Source: an uncultured delta proteobacterium (GTDB lineage: Bacteria; Myxococcota_A; Polyangia; Polyangiales; Polyangiaceae). Taken from it: a DNA stretch of 64,000 nucleotides. This document shows positions 1 to 11,417 of the stretch, piece after piece (position 1 is the stretch's first letter; the number at the start of each line of letters is the position of its first letter). Below the pieces are notes generated by a model that saw only the letters and a list, made by a program, of their open reading frames with translations, did no database searches and had not been told where the DNA came from. The stretch is from the NCBI GenBank assembly GCA_963850305.1, contig CAWKKR010000008.1, forward strand, positions 1,088,001-1,152,000, given 5' to 3'. Position numbers and translations under genes: made by a program.

Positions 1-1215
1 GTCTTCTTGCAGCGTACCGGCGACGACGAGATCGTCAAGATCGTCGATTTTGGCATCGCCCAGCTCCGCACGACCGACGAAGCTGCGAAGTCCCAGCCCA
101 CCCGACGTCGATTGACGAAGACCGGGATGATCTTCGGAACCCCCGAGTACATGGCGCCCGAGCAAGCCGGCGGGAGACATGCGGATCTACGCGTCGATGT
201 GTATGCGGTTGGGGTAATTCTCTACGAGATGTTCACCGGATCGGTACCGTTCACCGGGGACTCGTTCATGGCCGTACTGACGGCGACCGTGAGCCAACCG
301 CCCCCCGCGATGAGGACGATGAACCCCGAGCTCGCGATCAGTCCCGAGCTCGAACTCGTCGTGATGCGGACGCTCGAAAAGAATCCCGGAGATCGTTTCG
401 CAACGATGAACGATCTGGCAAACGCGCTGGTCTCGACTCCCGAGGGAGCGCCCTTCGCCCGGCCCGGCCTCGGTTTGCTCGGTGAATCGCGAGTGAGCAC
501 GTTTCCGCAGGCGGGCATCCCGACCGCGGCACAATTCGGGCAGAACTCCGATACGTCGCTTACTGCGGTCACTCCGCCGACGGCTCTTTCACCCGGCGGA
601 GGCGGCACGGCGGCCATCGGCACTCCCGGGGGCGCGACGAGCGGCAAGACCACGCCTCTCAGCGGACAATCGTCAACGGTCGGACCGTCTACGTCACCGA
701 GCGTCGGACTCATCGGCGGGTCGCTCGCCGCAGTCGTCGTCGCGCTCGGCGGAGGCGGCTATTTTCTCTTTGGCCGCGGCGCACACCCACCGGAGGCGGC
801 GTCGCCAGTCTCCGTGATGGTCGCGGAACCGCCGCACCCCGCCGCGAGCGCTCCCGCCGTCGTCGCGAGCGTCTCGGCCGCGCCGGAGCCAGTCGTGGCC
901 CTCGCGCCCCTGCCATCGAACGACGTCAAGCTGCACGTCGTCACCGAGCCCCCTGGAGCCATCGTATCGAAGGACGGATTCCAGGCGTGTACGTCGACGC
1001 CATGCGACGTTACCGTCGCGCGCAACGAGGGCGTCGACATCCAAGCCCACAAGGGCGGACTGCGCGGCACGGCGAAGATCTTGGCCCAAGCCGACCAGAC
1101 CGTGACCATTGTGCTTGCGGCTCCCGTGGCGTCGTCCCACAAGTCCAACTCCGGACCGCAAATGTGCGAAGTCGAGGTTGACGGTCTCAAGATCCTGCGA
1201 CCCTGTGCGAAGTGA
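1..1215 (+). CDS. Ser/Thr protein kinase with TM helix and C-terminal PEGA-like domain (5' truncated by window)
   Basis: VKIVDFG, GTPEYMAPEQ, DVYAVG kinase motifs; TM segment; VVTEPPGA PEGA-like tail; frame open from base 1. Confidence 0.93.
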   Translation, partial: VFLQRTGDDEIVKIVDFGIAQLRTTDEAAKSQPTRRRLTKTGMIFGTPEYMAPEQAGGRHADLRVDVYAVGVILYEMFTGSVPFTGDSFMAVLTATVSQPPPAMRTMNPELAISPELELVVMRTLEKNPGDRFATMNDLANALVSTPEGAPFARPGLGLLGESRVSTFPQAGIPTAAQFGQNSDTSLTAVTPPTALSPGGGGTAAIGTPGGATSGKTTPLSGQSSTVGPSTSPSVGLIGGSLAAVVVALGGGGYFLFGRGAHPPEAASPVSVMVAEPPHPAASAPAVVASVSAAPEPVVALAPLPSNDVKLHVVTEPPGAIVSKDGFQACTSTPCDVTVARNEGVDIQAHKGGLRGTAKILAQADQTVTIVLAAPVASSHKSNSGPQMCEVEVDGLKILRPCAK

Positions 1216-1249
1216 CCTTCGGGATAGTCACTTGCCAGGCCGAACGCCC

Positions 1250-2458
1250 GTGACCTCGAGCCGAAGGTTTACCTTCCGCGGCAACCTGGGCGCGACTCGC
1301 CACGGATGGCTCCGGCTGACGCCCGCGTACTCCGTGCACTTCGTCCGTGAGCTGCTCTCGACCCTCGACGCGGCGCCGGGGCCCGTGCTCGATCCGTTTT
1401 GCGGCACCGGCACGACGCTGCTCGCGTGCGCAGAACGCGGGCTCGATTGCGCTACCGTGGATTTGAATCCGTTTCTCGTATGGCTCGCGCGCGCGAAGAC
1501 CGCAAGCTACAGAAACCAGGATATCGACGGCGCCCGTGTTGCGGTCGAGAACATGTACGTGGCCGCGGGCGTACGGTCTGCCGCGTCTTTCGTACCGGAG
1601 ATGCATCGGATCGACCGCTGGTGGGATGGCCCGGTGCTCGCTGCCCTCGGGCGGGCCGCGGGAACGGCCCGCGAGCTCGAGGCCTCTCTCTCGCCGAGAT
1701 CGCGTGATCTGGTTTCGCTCGCGCTTTGCCGGACCGTCATCGACGTTGCCAACGTCAGCTTCGGCCACCAATCGATGTCGTTCCGGAAGACCCAGGGCGG
1801 GGTGACGCGAGGCACTGAGCGCGTTCAGCGAGCGCTCCGGAGCGCCTTCGAAACGCTATCGGACGCCGCCGGTGACCCCCTGAAGAAAAGCCGTCGAAAG
1901 ATCCATCAGGGCGACTCGCGCGCCGTCCACGAAGTCGTCGAGGGAGCCCGCTTCGGCGCGGTCGTGACATCTCCGCCGTACTCGAATCGAATGAGCTACA
2001 TCCGCGAGCTCCGTCCGTACATGTACTGGCTCGGCTACCTGACGGATCGAACGGGCGCGGGCGACCTCGACTGGCGGGCCATCGGCGGCACGTGGGGTTC
2101 CGCGACGAGCCGGCTCGCCTCATGGCGCCCCGATCCGAAGGTGGAGATCCCCTTTCGCGACTTCGGAAAGATCGTGGAGCGCATCTCGGAACGTCAGCCC
2201 ATCCTCGGAGCGTACGTGCATCGCTACTTCGAGGACATGGTGTTGCACGCGCGCAGCGTGTCGCGAATCGTCGCTCCGGGCGCTCGCTTGCACTACGTAC
2301 TCGGCAACTCCAAATTCTACGATGTCCTCCTGCCAGCGGAAAAGATCTTTGCGGCGCTCTTTGACGCCGTCGGCTTTCGTGACGTCCGGATCGTCACGCT
2401 GCGCAAGCGCACGAGCAAGCCGGAGCTATACGAGTATCTCGTGCGAGCAACCGCGTGA
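1250..2458 (+). CDS. DNA amino-methyltransferase, probably N4-cytosine (orphan)
   Basis: VLDPFCGTGTT SAM-binding motif followed by VVTSPPY catalytic motif; GTG start at 1250 chosen manually. Confidence 0.85.
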   Translation: MTSSRRFTFRGNLGATRHGWLRLTPAYSVHFVRELLSTLDAAPGPVLDPFCGTGTTLLACAERGLDCATVDLNPFLVWLARAKTASYRNQDIDGARVAVENMYVAAGVRSAASFVPEMHRIDRWWDGPVLAALGRAAGTARELEASLSPRSRDLVSLALCRTVIDVANVSFGHQSMSFRKTQGGVTRGTERVQRALRSAFETLSDAAGDPLKKSRRKIHQGDSRAVHEVVEGARFGAVVTSPPYSNRMSYIRELRPYMYWLGYLTDRTGAGDLDWRAIGGTWGSATSRLASWRPDPKVEIPFRDFGKIVERISERQPILGAYVHRYFEDMVLHARSVSRIVAPGARLHYVLGNSKFYDVLLPAEKIFAALFDAVGFRDVRIVTLRKRTSKPELYEYLVRATA

Positions 2459-2461
2459 CGA

Positions 2462-3283
2462 TCACGCCGCTGCGGTCAGCATGCCGAAGGCCGCAACACC
2501 GCGGGCGCGGAGCGCGAGACGCAAGTCGGTCTTGCCCCCACCCACGCCGAACGCGCGCAGGAGCGCCGTTGCCCATTCGTCCAGGGTCTTCGGGCCGCAC
2601 GCCGAGAAGTCGCTGCTCTCGCCGCGCAGGATGGCGCGCCAAGCGCCAGCGGCACCGAGAAACTCTTCGGACGGTACCGCTTCGCGCGTCACCCGCGCTA
2701 TGTCGAGCGACGCGCGCACGTCGGCGGCAAACGACGATGCATCGAGCGTACCGTGGCAGAGCAAGTCGGGAATGACAGCGGCGGCGCGAGTCGCTCCCGC
2801 GTCGAGCGCCACGCCGACCAGCGCCGAGACCAGAGTCGCGAACGGATCCTCTCGTGGGGCGCGCGACCGCTCCGCCTCGCAAGCGTCGAGCGCCGGCGAA
2901 GTCACGACTGTCATCGTCGGAACGGCCGACGCGACCTCGGGCGCTTCAGTAAGGCCCGGCGCCTCGAGAATCGCGGCCTGAACGGCGGCATCGTCCGCAA
3001 TCGGCGGAGTCAGTTCCAGATCGAGCTTCTCCAGGAGCAAGCCGAGCACGCTCTCCGGAAGCCGTTCTGATTCTGCGGACTCCATCACGGTTGGGACGGC
3101 TGCTGCTACGGCGGGCGCGTCCGCAACCACTTGCATTTCGCAGACGCGCTCCGCGGCTCGCGGACGGGCCACGGGACGGGGCGGGCCCGAGACACGCAAA
3201 CAGACCCACGACACGCCCGCATGCAGCGCGGGATTGTCGTTCGGAAACTCGGCGGCAAACGCGGGCTCGAACGCCAGACTCAT
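2462..3283 (-). CDS. hypothetical protein
   Basis: Long ORF filling the gap between MTase and serS; start MSLAFEP chosen to avoid overlap with serS. Confidence 0.65.
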   Translation of the reverse strand: MSLAFEPAFAAEFPNDNPALHAGVSWVCLRVSGPPRPVARPRAAERVCEMQVVADAPAVAAAVPTVMESAESERLPESVLGLLLEKLDLELTPPIADDAAVQAAILEAPGLTEAPEVASAVPTMTVVTSPALDACEAERSRAPREDPFATLVSALVGVALDAGATRAAAVIPDLLCHGTLDASSFAADVRASLDIARVTREAVPSEEFLGAAGAWRAILRGESSDFSACGPKTLDEWATALLRAFGVGGGKTDLRLALRARGVAAFGMLTAAA

Positions 3284-3367
3284 GTCGCAAGCGTAAGGAC
3301 CCAGCCGAAATTCGGCCAAGAAAGCGTCCATGTCGCCCGAACGCCGCGCGTGAAGTAGAAGCGGGCC

Positions 3368-4666
3368 ATGCTGGACGCTCGTTACGTCGCCGATCACTTG
3401 AACGAGGTGCGCGCGGCGCTCGCTCGTCGTTCCGCGGATGCGGTGACGGGGCTAGGTGCCATCGCGGAGCTCTCGGATCGCCGACGGTCGGCGATCGTTC
3501 GAGTCGAGGCCAAACTCGCCGAACGCAATGCGGCAAACCAGGACATGGCGCGACTGGCAAAAACGGATCGAGCCGCGTTCGAAACACGCCGAGAGGACCT
3601 GAAAGCGATTGGCGCGAGCGTTGCGGTGCTCGAGTCGGAGCTCTCGGATATCGAGACGCAGATGGAGAGCCTGCTGCTCTCGGTTCCGAACGTGCCGCAT
3701 CCGACGGTTCCGGATGGGCAGAGCGAGGAACACAACCGCCTCGTTCGCACATCGGGGACCAAACCCGTATTCGACTTCGAGCCGAAATCGCACTGGGACC
3801 TCGGCGAGCGCCTCGGCATCCTGGACTTCCAGCGCGCGAGCAAGCTCTCGGGCGCAAGATTCTCGGTGCTCTTTGGCGCGGGCGCGCGCCTGTCGCGCGC
3901 CCTCACCACATTCATGCTCGACGTCCACACCCGAGAGCACGGCTACGTCGAAGTCGCGCCACCCTATCTCGTCCGAGCGAGCGCGCTCGTGGGCACGGGG
4001 CAGCTTCCGAAGTTCGAGGCGGACCTGTTCAAGACCAGCCGCGGCGACCCCGATGACCCGGGTGCGCTCTATCTCATCCCGACTGCCGAAGTGCCCGTGA
4101 CCAATCTCCACGCCGACGAGATCATCGAGACCCCGCTCCCGGTCGCTTACGCCGCCTACACGCCCTGCTTCCGGAGCGAAGCCGGCTCCCACGGCCGTGA
4201 CGTGCGCGGACTCATCCGTCAGCACCAATTCGACAAGGTCGAGATCGTCCGCTTCGTGGATCCAGCGAAGGGCGAATCGGAGCTCGAGCTTCTGACGATG
4301 CACGCCGGTTCGGTGATGGACAAGCTCGGGCTGCATTATCGCGTGGTCGAGCTGTGCTCGGGGGATCTCGGCTTTGGCTCGCAGAAGACGTACGATCTCG
4401 AGGTGTGGTTGCCAGGACAGGACGCGTACCGGGAGATTTCGAGCTGTTCTTGGTTTGGGGATTACCAGGCACGCCGTGCAAAGATCCGGTACCGGCCTGG
4501 TCCCAAGGCAAAGCCGAAGCTCGTTCACACGCTGAACGGATCCGGGCTCGCCGTCGGCCGCACACTCGTCGCGGTCCTCGAACAGTTTCAGCAGAAGGAC
4601 GGCAGCGTCGTCGTTCCCGAGGCGCTGCGTCCCTTCGTCGGAACGGACCGCATCACCGTGAAGTGA
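3368..4666 (+). CDS. serS: serine--tRNA ligase
   Basis: N-terminal coiled coil, [39 protein letters not shown]. Confidence 0.98.
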   Translation: MLDARYVADHLNEVRAALARRSADAVTGLGAIAELSDRRRSAIVRVEAKLAERNAANQDMARLAKTDRAAFETRREDLKAIGASVAVLESELSDIETQMESLLLSVPNVPHPTVPDGQSEEHNRLVRTSGTKPVFDFEPKSHWDLGERLGILDFQRASKLSGARFSVLFGAGARLSRALTTFMLDVHTREHGYVEVAPPYLVRASALVGTGQLPKFEADLFKTSRGDPDDPGALYLIPTAEVPVTNLHADEIIETPLPVAYAAYTPCFRSEAGSHGRDVRGLIRQHQFDKVEIVRFVDPAKGESELELLTMHAGSVMDKLGLHYRVVELCSGDLGFGSQKTYDLEVWLPGQDAYREISSCSWFGDYQARRAKIRYRPGPKAKPKLVHTLNGSGLAVGRTLVAVLEQFQQKDGSVVVPEALRPFVGTDRITVK

Positions 4667-4810
4667 CGCTGCGGCCGCCGGGCGCCATTACGCGGCGTGA
4701 GTTTCAACGCGTGCACGAGAGACGTCTGGTGATCCGCTTCTTCTTCGCGAAAGGGTGTCTTCCTCCGCGTTGCCGAACGAGCGAGGCGCACGACGCACGC
4801 GGTCCCACCA

Positions 4811-6982
4811 TCAGCGCCGACGCGAGCGCCGGCTCCTCGCGGCGCGTCCACGTTCGGGTTCCTCGCGAGCGGACTGAGCAGATTTTCGATCACCGCCCTG
4901 AGATTTTCGGCGAGCCCCAGCCCCGCTCCGTCGGTCGGGCCCAGAGGGCGGATGCCGGTCGAGCGCCGCCAATGCCTTGCTCGGGACCACCCGCCTGGCA
5001 AACACTGCGCGTCTTTGAAGTGCGACGTCTTCGATCGTCACGGTGAGACGATCCCCGAGCCCTACGCTGTCCCGAGACCGGCGTCCGACGACGGACAGTT
5101 CATCGTCGTCGATCTCGTACTGGTCGGGTCCGAGCGATTCGTACCGCACGAGTACGTCGACGAAAGGGTCGTCGAGTGCCACGTAAAGCCCGCCGCCCGT
5201 TATCGCCGTGACGGTTCCTTCCATCACGTCACCGATGTGATGGCGCATGTAGAGTGCGCGATAGAGATCGAGGACTTCGCGTTCCACCTCCATTGCTGCG
5301 CGCTCGCGCGTGCTCGCCTCCAGCGCGCTTGCAGCCAGTGCGGCGAGCGCCTCGGAGCGCATATCGGGTCTGCCTCCGCGCAACAGTCGCTTCACCGCTC
5401 GGTGAACCTGAACGTCGGGATACCTCCGGATCGGCGAAGTGAAGTGCACGTACGCCTCGGACGCGAGACCGAAGTGGCCCACGTTGTTCACGTCGTAAAC
5501 GGCTTGCTTCAGCGACCGGAGAAGAAGCGTCTCGAGCACATTCTTCCTCGGATGCCCCGCGATCTTTCCGAGCCAGCGTCCAACGCCGTCCGGCTTTTGC
5601 ATCTCCTCGAGCTCGAACGGCGCGCCGAGCCGCTCGCAGATATTTCCGAGTCGTTCGAGCTTTTTCAGATCCGGCTTCGCGTGAATGCGATAGACGGTGG
5701 GGGAGTGCCGCTGGCCGAGCCAGGCGGCCACGAGCTCGTTCGCGAGGATCATCAACTCCTCGATCATCTGGTATGCACGCTTGACGCCGGGGTCCCCCGC
5801 CCGACGCTTCACCCCGACGGGCTGACCCGTCTTCTCGTCGAGGAGAACCTTGGGCTCGGGCAAATCGAAGTCGAGCGCTCCCCGGCGAATGCGCCGCTTT
5901 CGCAGCTTCCGCGCGACATCGTCGAGCACCTTCAGATCGCGCCGGAACGTCTCTGCCTGGGCGCTCTTCGGCGGGAGCTCCGTGAAGCCCAGCGTTCGCG
6001 CGACGCTACCGTAAGTCAGCATTGCGGCGCCGCGCATGCACGCCTCCGACACGTGGAAGTGCGTCACGACGCCCTCCGCGTCGAGGTCGGCGACGACGGC
6101 CATGCACAGACGCTCCCGCTCCGGAAGCAGTGAACACTTGTCCGCCGCAAGCGCAGACGGCAGCATCGGCAGCGCGCGATCCGGCAGATATATCGTGCAG
6201 CCGCGAGCGAGCGCCTCGTCGTCGAGGGCCGTCCCTGGTTGCACGTATTCCGCAACATCGGCTATCGCGACCCAGACCCGGTAACCGTCGCCGTTCTTCT
6301 GCGCGAACACCGCGTCATCGTGATCGCGAGCGTCTTCGGGATCGATGGTGAGCAACGGTACTTCGCGAAGATCCTCCCGCCCCGCCGTCTCGACGTGCGC
6401 CAGCCGGGAGGCCGTCGCTTCGGCTTCGCGCAGCGCGCCCTCCGAGTGTCGTTCGTTGATCTCTTCGCGAATCAAGATTTTCGCCACCTCGACCTTCGGA
6501 TCCCCCGGTTCGCCGAGGACCACGACGATTGCGCCCTCGGGATTCTCCGACGGCGTTTCGGGAAATCGAGTGATCGCAGCGACCGCAGCGTCGCCGTCGC
6601 GAGCATCCTTCGGTACCGACGAGAGTACGATCGGGCCGCGAATGCGAGAGTCGTCGGGTTCGAGCCAGGCGCTCTGCCTTCTCTTCCGGAGCACGCCAGC
6701 CACGCGCGCGCGACGGCGAGCAACGATCTCCACGATCCGCCCCTCCGCGCCGCGCGAAGATCTCGCAACGACGACGACCTTCACCTTGTCCCCGTGCAGC
6801 GCGCCGAGGAGCCCCTCCGCTGCCACGTAAACGTCGTCATTCCCGACCGAAGACACGAAGCCGAACCCCCGTGGGTGCACGCTCAGCACCCCCTCCCAGC
6901 CGGCGCCGGACCGCGGGCTCGTGGGGTTTCCGGGCAGCGGCCGCCGCGGCGACTTGCTCCGTGCCGAAATCTTCGATTTCAT
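4811..6982 (-). CDS. rnr: ribonuclease R (RNB/VacB family)
   Basis: HPRGFGF cold-shock domain, TIDPEDARDHDDA, HFTSPIRRYPD, C-terminal S1 and basic tail; start MKSK. Confidence 0.93.
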   Translation of the reverse strand: MKSKISARSKSPRRPLPGNPTSPRSGAGWEGVLSVHPRGFGFVSSVGNDDVYVAAEGLLGALHGDKVKVVVVARSSRGAEGRIVEIVARRRARVAGVLRKRRQSAWLEPDDSRIRGPIVLSSVPKDARDGDAAVAAITRFPETPSENPEGAIVVVLGEPGDPKVEVAKILIREEINERHSEGALREAEATASRLAHVETAGREDLREVPLLTIDPEDARDHDDAVFAQKNGDGYRVWVAIADVAEYVQPGTALDDEALARGCTIYLPDRALPMLPSALAADKCSLLPERERLCMAVVADLDAEGVVTHFHVSEACMRGAAMLTYGSVARTLGFTELPPKSAQAETFRRDLKVLDDVARKLRKRRIRRGALDFDLPEPKVLLDEKTGQPVGVKRRAGDPGVKRAYQMIEELMILANELVAAWLGQRHSPTVYRIHAKPDLKKLERLGNICERLGAPFELEEMQKPDGVGRWLGKIAGHPRKNVLETLLLRSLKQAVYDVNNVGHFGLASEAYVHFTSPIRRYPDVQVHRAVKRLLRGGRPDMRSEALAALAASALEASTRERAAMEVEREVLDLYRALYMRHHIGDVMEGTVTAITGGGLYVALDDPFVDVLVRYESLGPDQYEIDDDELSVVGRRSRDSVGLGDRLTVTIEDVALQRRAVFARRVVPSKALAALDRHPPSGPDRRSGAGARRKSQGGDRKSAQSAREEPERGRAARSRRSRRR

Positions 6983-7072
6983 GATGCGTCGCTCATAGCG
7001 CGCCCCCTCCGCGAACACTACCGCCGCTCTTCGCTGACGGGGGTCGAATCTCGCTGTAGAACGAAGACGACT

Positions 7073-8215
7073 ATGACCACCCCGGATGCCAGTCTTTCCG
7101 CAGGCTCTCCCGTGACCGCCCGATGGGCCGTGGCGTGCCGCGTGGCGGTGCTGTTCGCCGTTGCCGCAAGCGCCGCGCTCTACATCCAGTATCTGAACCC
7201 AGCCGAGGCGCCGTTCTGTGGTCTCTCCTCCGGCTGCGAAACCGTGCGCCGAAGCGTCGGTTATTTCTTCTCCAGCCGCTACTTCTCGATTCCGCTCGTC
7301 GGGCTCGTAGCCTTTGGTACCGTATTCTGGACGTCCCTCGCGTGGCCCCGCACGCGCATCACCCTGTGGCTCACGTCGATCGGCGCGATCTGCGCCATCG
7401 CGCTCGTCGGGGGGCAGGCCCTCTTCGTTCACGCGTTTTGCTGGCTCTGCCTCGTCGTCGACGTCTCGGCGATTCTCGCAGCCGCGTTTGCTGCCGCCCA
7501 CGACCGCAGCCTCTGCGCGGACCGTGAGTTTCCGGATCCGCTGCGGTTCGGAACGTGGATCCTCCTCGGAGTCCTGGCTGCGGCCCTGCCGGTGATCTGG
7601 ACGCACGTGAAGCCGGCCCCGGACGTTCCGTCGTCGATTCGCGCCGCGTACGTTGCCGGCAAGATCAACGTCCTCGAGTTTCAGGACTTCGAGTGTCCTT
7701 ACTGCCGGAAGCTCTCGCCTGTCCTGAAGCGTGCGCTCGAGAGCTACCCGAACGCACGCTTCGTTCGGGAACAATATCCTCTGTCGATTCACCCGGAGGC
7801 ACTTCCCGCCGCGAGGGCGGATGTTTGCGCCGCGGCGCAAGGCAAGGGGGAGGCGCTAGCCGATCGTCTCGTTCGGATCGATCTGTCGGAACCGATGATT
7901 CGACGCGCCGCGATCGGCGTCGGCGTCGACGCGGTGGCGTTCGACCGCTGCCTCGCCTCGAAGGTGCCCGACTCGGTCATCGACGCGAACAAGAAGCTCC
8001 TCGACGACGCGGGAATGGTCGGTCTGCCGACGACGTACATCCAGGGCAAGCGACTCCTCGGTGCCGTGTCGGAAGCGGCCGTTCGCGATGCTCTCGACAA
8101 GGCCGCCCGCGGCGAAACCAACTCGGGGATTCCGGCGACGGTGTACGTCCCGTTCGCGTTCGCGTTCCTGGGCCTGGTCGCGTGGCTCGGACGGACCAGG
8201 CGTGTCATGGTTTGA
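7073..8215 (+). CDS. VKOR family protein fused to DsbA/thioredoxin domain
   Basis: CGLSSGCETV loop, CWLC in TM helix, EFQDFECPYC, GLPT cis-Pro, C-terminal TM. Confidence 0.88.
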   Translation: MTTPDASLSAGSPVTARWAVACRVAVLFAVAASAALYIQYLNPAEAPFCGLSSGCETVRRSVGYFFSSRYFSIPLVGLVAFGTVFWTSLAWPRTRITLWLTSIGAICAIALVGGQALFVHAFCWLCLVVDVSAILAAAFAAAHDRSLCADREFPDPLRFGTWILLGVLAAALPVIWTHVKPAPDVPSSIRAAYVAGKINVLEFQDFECPYCRKLSPVLKRALESYPNARFVREQYPLSIHPEALPAARADVCAAAQGKGEALADRLVRIDLSEPMIRRAAIGVGVDAVAFDRCLASKVPDSVIDANKKLLDDAGMVGLPTTYIQGKRLLGAVSEAAVRDALDKAARGETNSGIPATVYVPFAFAFLGLVAWLGRTRRVMV

Positions 8216-8216
8216 G

Positions 8217-9347
8217 ATGAACGAGCGGAGTACGAATTCTCCGGACCGGGTCCCATTCGAGATCTTCCAGGAGCTCCCCAAGGCGGACCTACACGTCCAT
8301 CTGGACGGCTCACTGCGTCTCGAAACCATTCTCGAACTCGGCGACCGCTCGAGCGTTCGCTTGCCGGCAGACGACGTCGACGGGCTCCGCGATGCCATCG
8401 GATGCGGCCGCCAATTTGGTTCGCTCGTCGACTATCTGAAGGGCTTTGCCATCACCCTGCAGGTGATGCAGACGGAGTCGGCGCTGGAGCGGATCGCCTT
8501 CGAGCTCGCCGAAGACGCGCATCACGAAAACGTGCGCTACATGGAGGTCCGCTATTCGCCGATGCTTCACACCGAGCGCGGGCTCAAGCTCACCGCGGTC
8601 GTCGAAGCAGTGCTCGAGGGACTCGACCGCGCCGCGAAGACTTACGGAATTCGCAGCAACGTGATCCTGTGCGGCATCCGGAACATCTCTCCAGAATACT
8701 CCTACAAGATGGCGGAGCTCGCGGTTGCGTATAAAGGACGCGGCATCGTCGGTTTCGATCTCGCGGGAGCGGAAGCCGACAACCCGGCAAAGGATCACCG
8801 CGAAGCGTTCCATCTGGTGCGCGACAACAACATCAACTGTACGATCCACGCTGGCGAGGCTTACGGTCCGGCGTCGATCGCCCAGGCGTTACACGTCTGC
8901 GGCGCGCATCGAATCGGCCACGGCTGCCGGCTGATCGAGAGCGGCGACCTCGTGCATTACGTAAACGACCATCGAACGCCCCTCGAGTGCTGTCCGTCGA
9001 GCAACGTCCAGACGGGGGCCGTGAGAAACCTCGCGAGCCACCCGCTCAAGCTGTACTTCGATCTCGGAATCCGGGTGACGATCAACACGGACAATCGCCT
9101 CATCACCGATACGACCGTTTCCAAGGAACTATGGCTCGTCCACTCGCAGCTCGGCGTGCCGTTCCGCGATGTGAAGAGCATGGTGCTCGCCGGCTTCAAG
9201 TCGAGCTTTCTGCCTTTTCACGAAAAGCAGGTTTACCTGCGGCAGGTCGGCACGGAGCTCTCGCGATACGCGGACGATGGAACGGTCCTCGCCGAGCCGC
9301 CCCCGCGCGATCCTCGCGGGCATGCAGGTGCTTTGGTCAGAAGCTGA
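8217..9347 (+). CDS. add: adenosine deaminase
   Basis: [35 protein letters not shown]. Confidence 0.93.
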   Translation: MNERSTNSPDRVPFEIFQELPKADLHVHLDGSLRLETILELGDRSSVRLPADDVDGLRDAIGCGRQFGSLVDYLKGFAITLQVMQTESALERIAFELAEDAHHENVRYMEVRYSPMLHTERGLKLTAVVEAVLEGLDRAAKTYGIRSNVILCGIRNISPEYSYKMAELAVAYKGRGIVGFDLAGAEADNPAKDHREAFHLVRDNNINCTIHAGEAYGPASIAQALHVCGAHRIGHGCRLIESGDLVHYVNDHRTPLECCPSSNVQTGAVRNLASHPLKLYFDLGIRVTINTDNRLITDTTVSKELWLVHSQLGVPFRDVKSMVLAGFKSSFLPFHEKQVYLRQVGTELSRYADDGTVLAEPPPRDPRGHAGALVRS

Positions 9348-10260
9348 TCCCCCCGCGCGGGTCGGGGGCACTTTCCTTTTCCAAGATCTCGATCGCCCGT
9401 TCGATGGCTTCGCTTTCGTCTTCGGGCAGCTGGATTAAAAACCGGATAAACAGGTCGCCGGTCTGATCCTTCCTTCGAACTCCGCGACCCTTCAAGCGGA
9501 CGACCTGGCCACTCTGGGCATGCTTTGGCACCTTCAACGCCACGTGGCCGTTCGGCGTGGGCACCGAGACTTTGCCGCCGCGATACGCTTCGGCGACAGT
9601 GATGGGCAGGTCCAAACGTAGGTCGAGTCCGTCGCGTTCGAAGTGATCGTGCGGCCGAACCCGTACCGTGATGAGAAGATCCCCGCGTTCCCGGCCCGAG
9701 CCTCCGACGCCGCCGTGAGACGCGACGCGGACGCGATCGCCGTCCGTCGCGCCCGCTGGGATGCGAACCTGGACGGCCTCGGAATCGACGGACAGCGGGA
9801 TCGTCGTGCCGCGAACAGCGTCGGCAAAGTCAATCGTGATCTCCCCGCTCAGATCGGCGCCTCGCGCCGGCCCTCGCCTTCTGCCGCCCACGCGACCGCC
9901 AAAGAGATCACCCATCAGATCTCCCAACCCGCCGGAGCCCGAAAAGATCTCGTCGAGGTTCATGGCGCGTCCGCCGCTTGAGGCGACACGACCGCCACCG
10001 TGGCGATAAGCGCGGGCGGCCTCGGCACGAAACCCCTCGCGCAGACTTTCTTCACCAAACTCGTCGTAGAGATCGCGCTTCTTCTTGTCGGAGAGGGTTT
10101 GATAGGCCCGATTCACCTCCTTGAAGCGCGCCTCCGCGGTCTTGTTGCCCGGGTTCTTGTCCGGGTGAAGCTGAGCCGCGAGCTTGCGGTACGCCTTCTT
10201 GATCGCGTCGGCGTTCGCGTTGCGATCGACGCCGAGCTCTTTGTAGAAGTCCGCGGGCAT
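9337..10260 (-). CDS. DnaJ-class chaperone without Zn finger (CbpA-like)
   Basis: J domain with HPD, Gly-rich linker, DnaJ C-terminal domain, no CxxCxGxG. Confidence 0.92.
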   Translation of the reverse strand: MPADFYKELGVDRNANADAIKKAYRKLAAQLHPDKNPGNKTAEARFKEVNRAYQTLSDKKKRDLYDEFGEESLREGFRAEAARAYRHGGGRVASSGGRAMNLDEIFSGSGGLGDLMGDLFGGRVGGRRRGPARGADLSGEITIDFADAVRGTTIPLSVDSEAVQVRIPAGATDGDRVRVASHGGVGGSGRERGDLLITVRVRPHDHFERDGLDLRLDLPITVAEAYRGGKVSVPTPNGHVALKVPKHAQSGQVVRLKGRGVRRKDQTGDLFIRFLIQLPEDESEAIERAIEILEKESAPDPRGGISF

Positions 10261-10266
10261 CTGAAA

Positions 10267-11139
10267 TCAATCTAAACCCTTCCGGGTCTTCCACACCAGG
10301 CGCGCGGAACCCTTCGGACGGCCAGCACCTTCAGCGCGGACGCCGCAACTCACCACGAGCGAGTCGGCCTCTCCGGCCGGCGGCGCATCGGTGAAATCTC
10401 GCGTCCACGTGATGTCCGAAAAGCCGTTGTAATGGAGCAGCGCTTCCATCTCCCGCGGGAAAAACTGCCGATGCGTGAGTGGAACGACCCAAGGCTCCGA
10501 ACCGTTCACCGGAGTGAACTCGAGATGCATTTTGAGAATCTGACCGAACGGATCGTAATCGAATCGCTCCGCGTAACGAACGACGCCTCGCGTGGGATGC
10601 CGAAACCGCGGCGCACCGTAGCGGCGGCCGGGGTCGGCGCGGAGGTAGTCCGGGTGCGGTACCGAGAAGTCGAAGACGAAACGACCGCCCGGTGCCAGGT
10701 GCGAACGAACACGCGATAGGAATTGCTCCACGTCCTTGCGCTGCGGCAAATGAAGAACCGTGTTGAAGGCCGCGATCACGAGTGGAAAGCGCCCTCGGAT
10801 CCGTGCGGTCCGCATGTCGCCCCGAACGGCGTGGACCCGGCCGCGTATCTGTGCAGGCTCGGCTCGAAGGCGCCTCCCGAGCCAGTCCAGCATCGGCGCG
10901 GAATGATCGACGCCCGTGACCGACAAGCCCGCGCGCGCGAGCGGGATCGCGATGCGACCCGTGCCGACGCCGTACTCGAGCACCGGACCCCCGGACAGCC
11001 GTCCGAGGCGGACGTAATGTGCCACATCGTCCAGACGATCCGCGTACGCTTGGTCGTAGTAGGCCGGATCGTCGTAATGCGCGAACGCGCCCGGATCGGC
11101 ACCACGGCGTTCGTCGGCGCGTGGCCTCCGGACCCTCAG
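10267..11139 (-). CDS. class I SAM-dependent methyltransferase
   Basis: [36 protein letters not shown]; start uncertain, placed just after rpoZ stop. Confidence 0.85.
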   Translation of the reverse strand: MRVRRPRADERRGADPGAFAHYDDPAYYDQAYADRLDDVAHYVRLGRLSGGPVLEYGVGTGRIAIPLARAGLSVTGVDHSAPMLDWLGRRLRAEPAQIRGRVHAVRGDMRTARIRGRFPLVIAAFNTVLHLPQRKDVEQFLSRVRSHLAPGGRFVFDFSVPHPDYLRADPGRRYGAPRFRHPTRGVVRYAERFDYDPFGQILKMHLEFTPVNGSEPWVVPLTHRQFFPREMEALLHYNGFSDITWTRDFTDAPPAGEADSLVVSCGVRAEGAGRPKGSARLVWKTRKGLD

Positions 11140-11378
11140 CTCGGGTTCTTGGCCTCGTACTCGTCGAGCCACTCCTGCACGATCTCTTGGCTGTCGCGGT
11201 GCCACCGTACGCGGCCTGCCGCGATCTCGCGCAGCGCGACGACCGCAGCCTTGTTGTCCGAGCGAACCAGCGGCGGCACGCCCTTCATCAGTTGGCGAGC
11301 GCGAAGCGCTGCCAGGACGACCAGCGCAAATCGGTTCTCCTCGTGATCCAGACAGTCTTCGACGGTGACGCGAGCCAT
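11136..11378 (-). CDS. rpoZ: RNA polymerase omega subunit
   Basis: [10 protein letters not shown]...[16 protein letters not shown]...ALREIAAG. Confidence 0.96.
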   Translation of the reverse strand: MARVTVEDCLDHEENRFALVVLAALRARQLMKGVPPLVRSDNKAAVVALREIAAGRVRWHRDSQEIVQEWLDEYEAKNPS

Positions 11379-11388
11379 GTGGGCGCGC

Positions 11389-11417
11389 AACCTAGCGGTT
11401 GAACCGCGGTCATGCAA
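11389..11417 (-). promoter_or_regulatory. sigma70-type promoter for rpoZ
   Basis: TTGCAT - 17 bp - TAGGTT on the minus strand, 10 nt upstream of the rpoZ ATG. Confidence 0.6.

Noticed and set aside
4663..4810. RnpA-like peptide (RREFQRV) after serS
   Set aside because: Too short, no RNR motif, and runs into the rnr 3' end
6983..7840. N-terminal extension of the 1009-aa RNase R ORF
   Set aside because: Overlaps the divergent VKOR-DsbA gene; recognisable RNase R sequence begins near 6982
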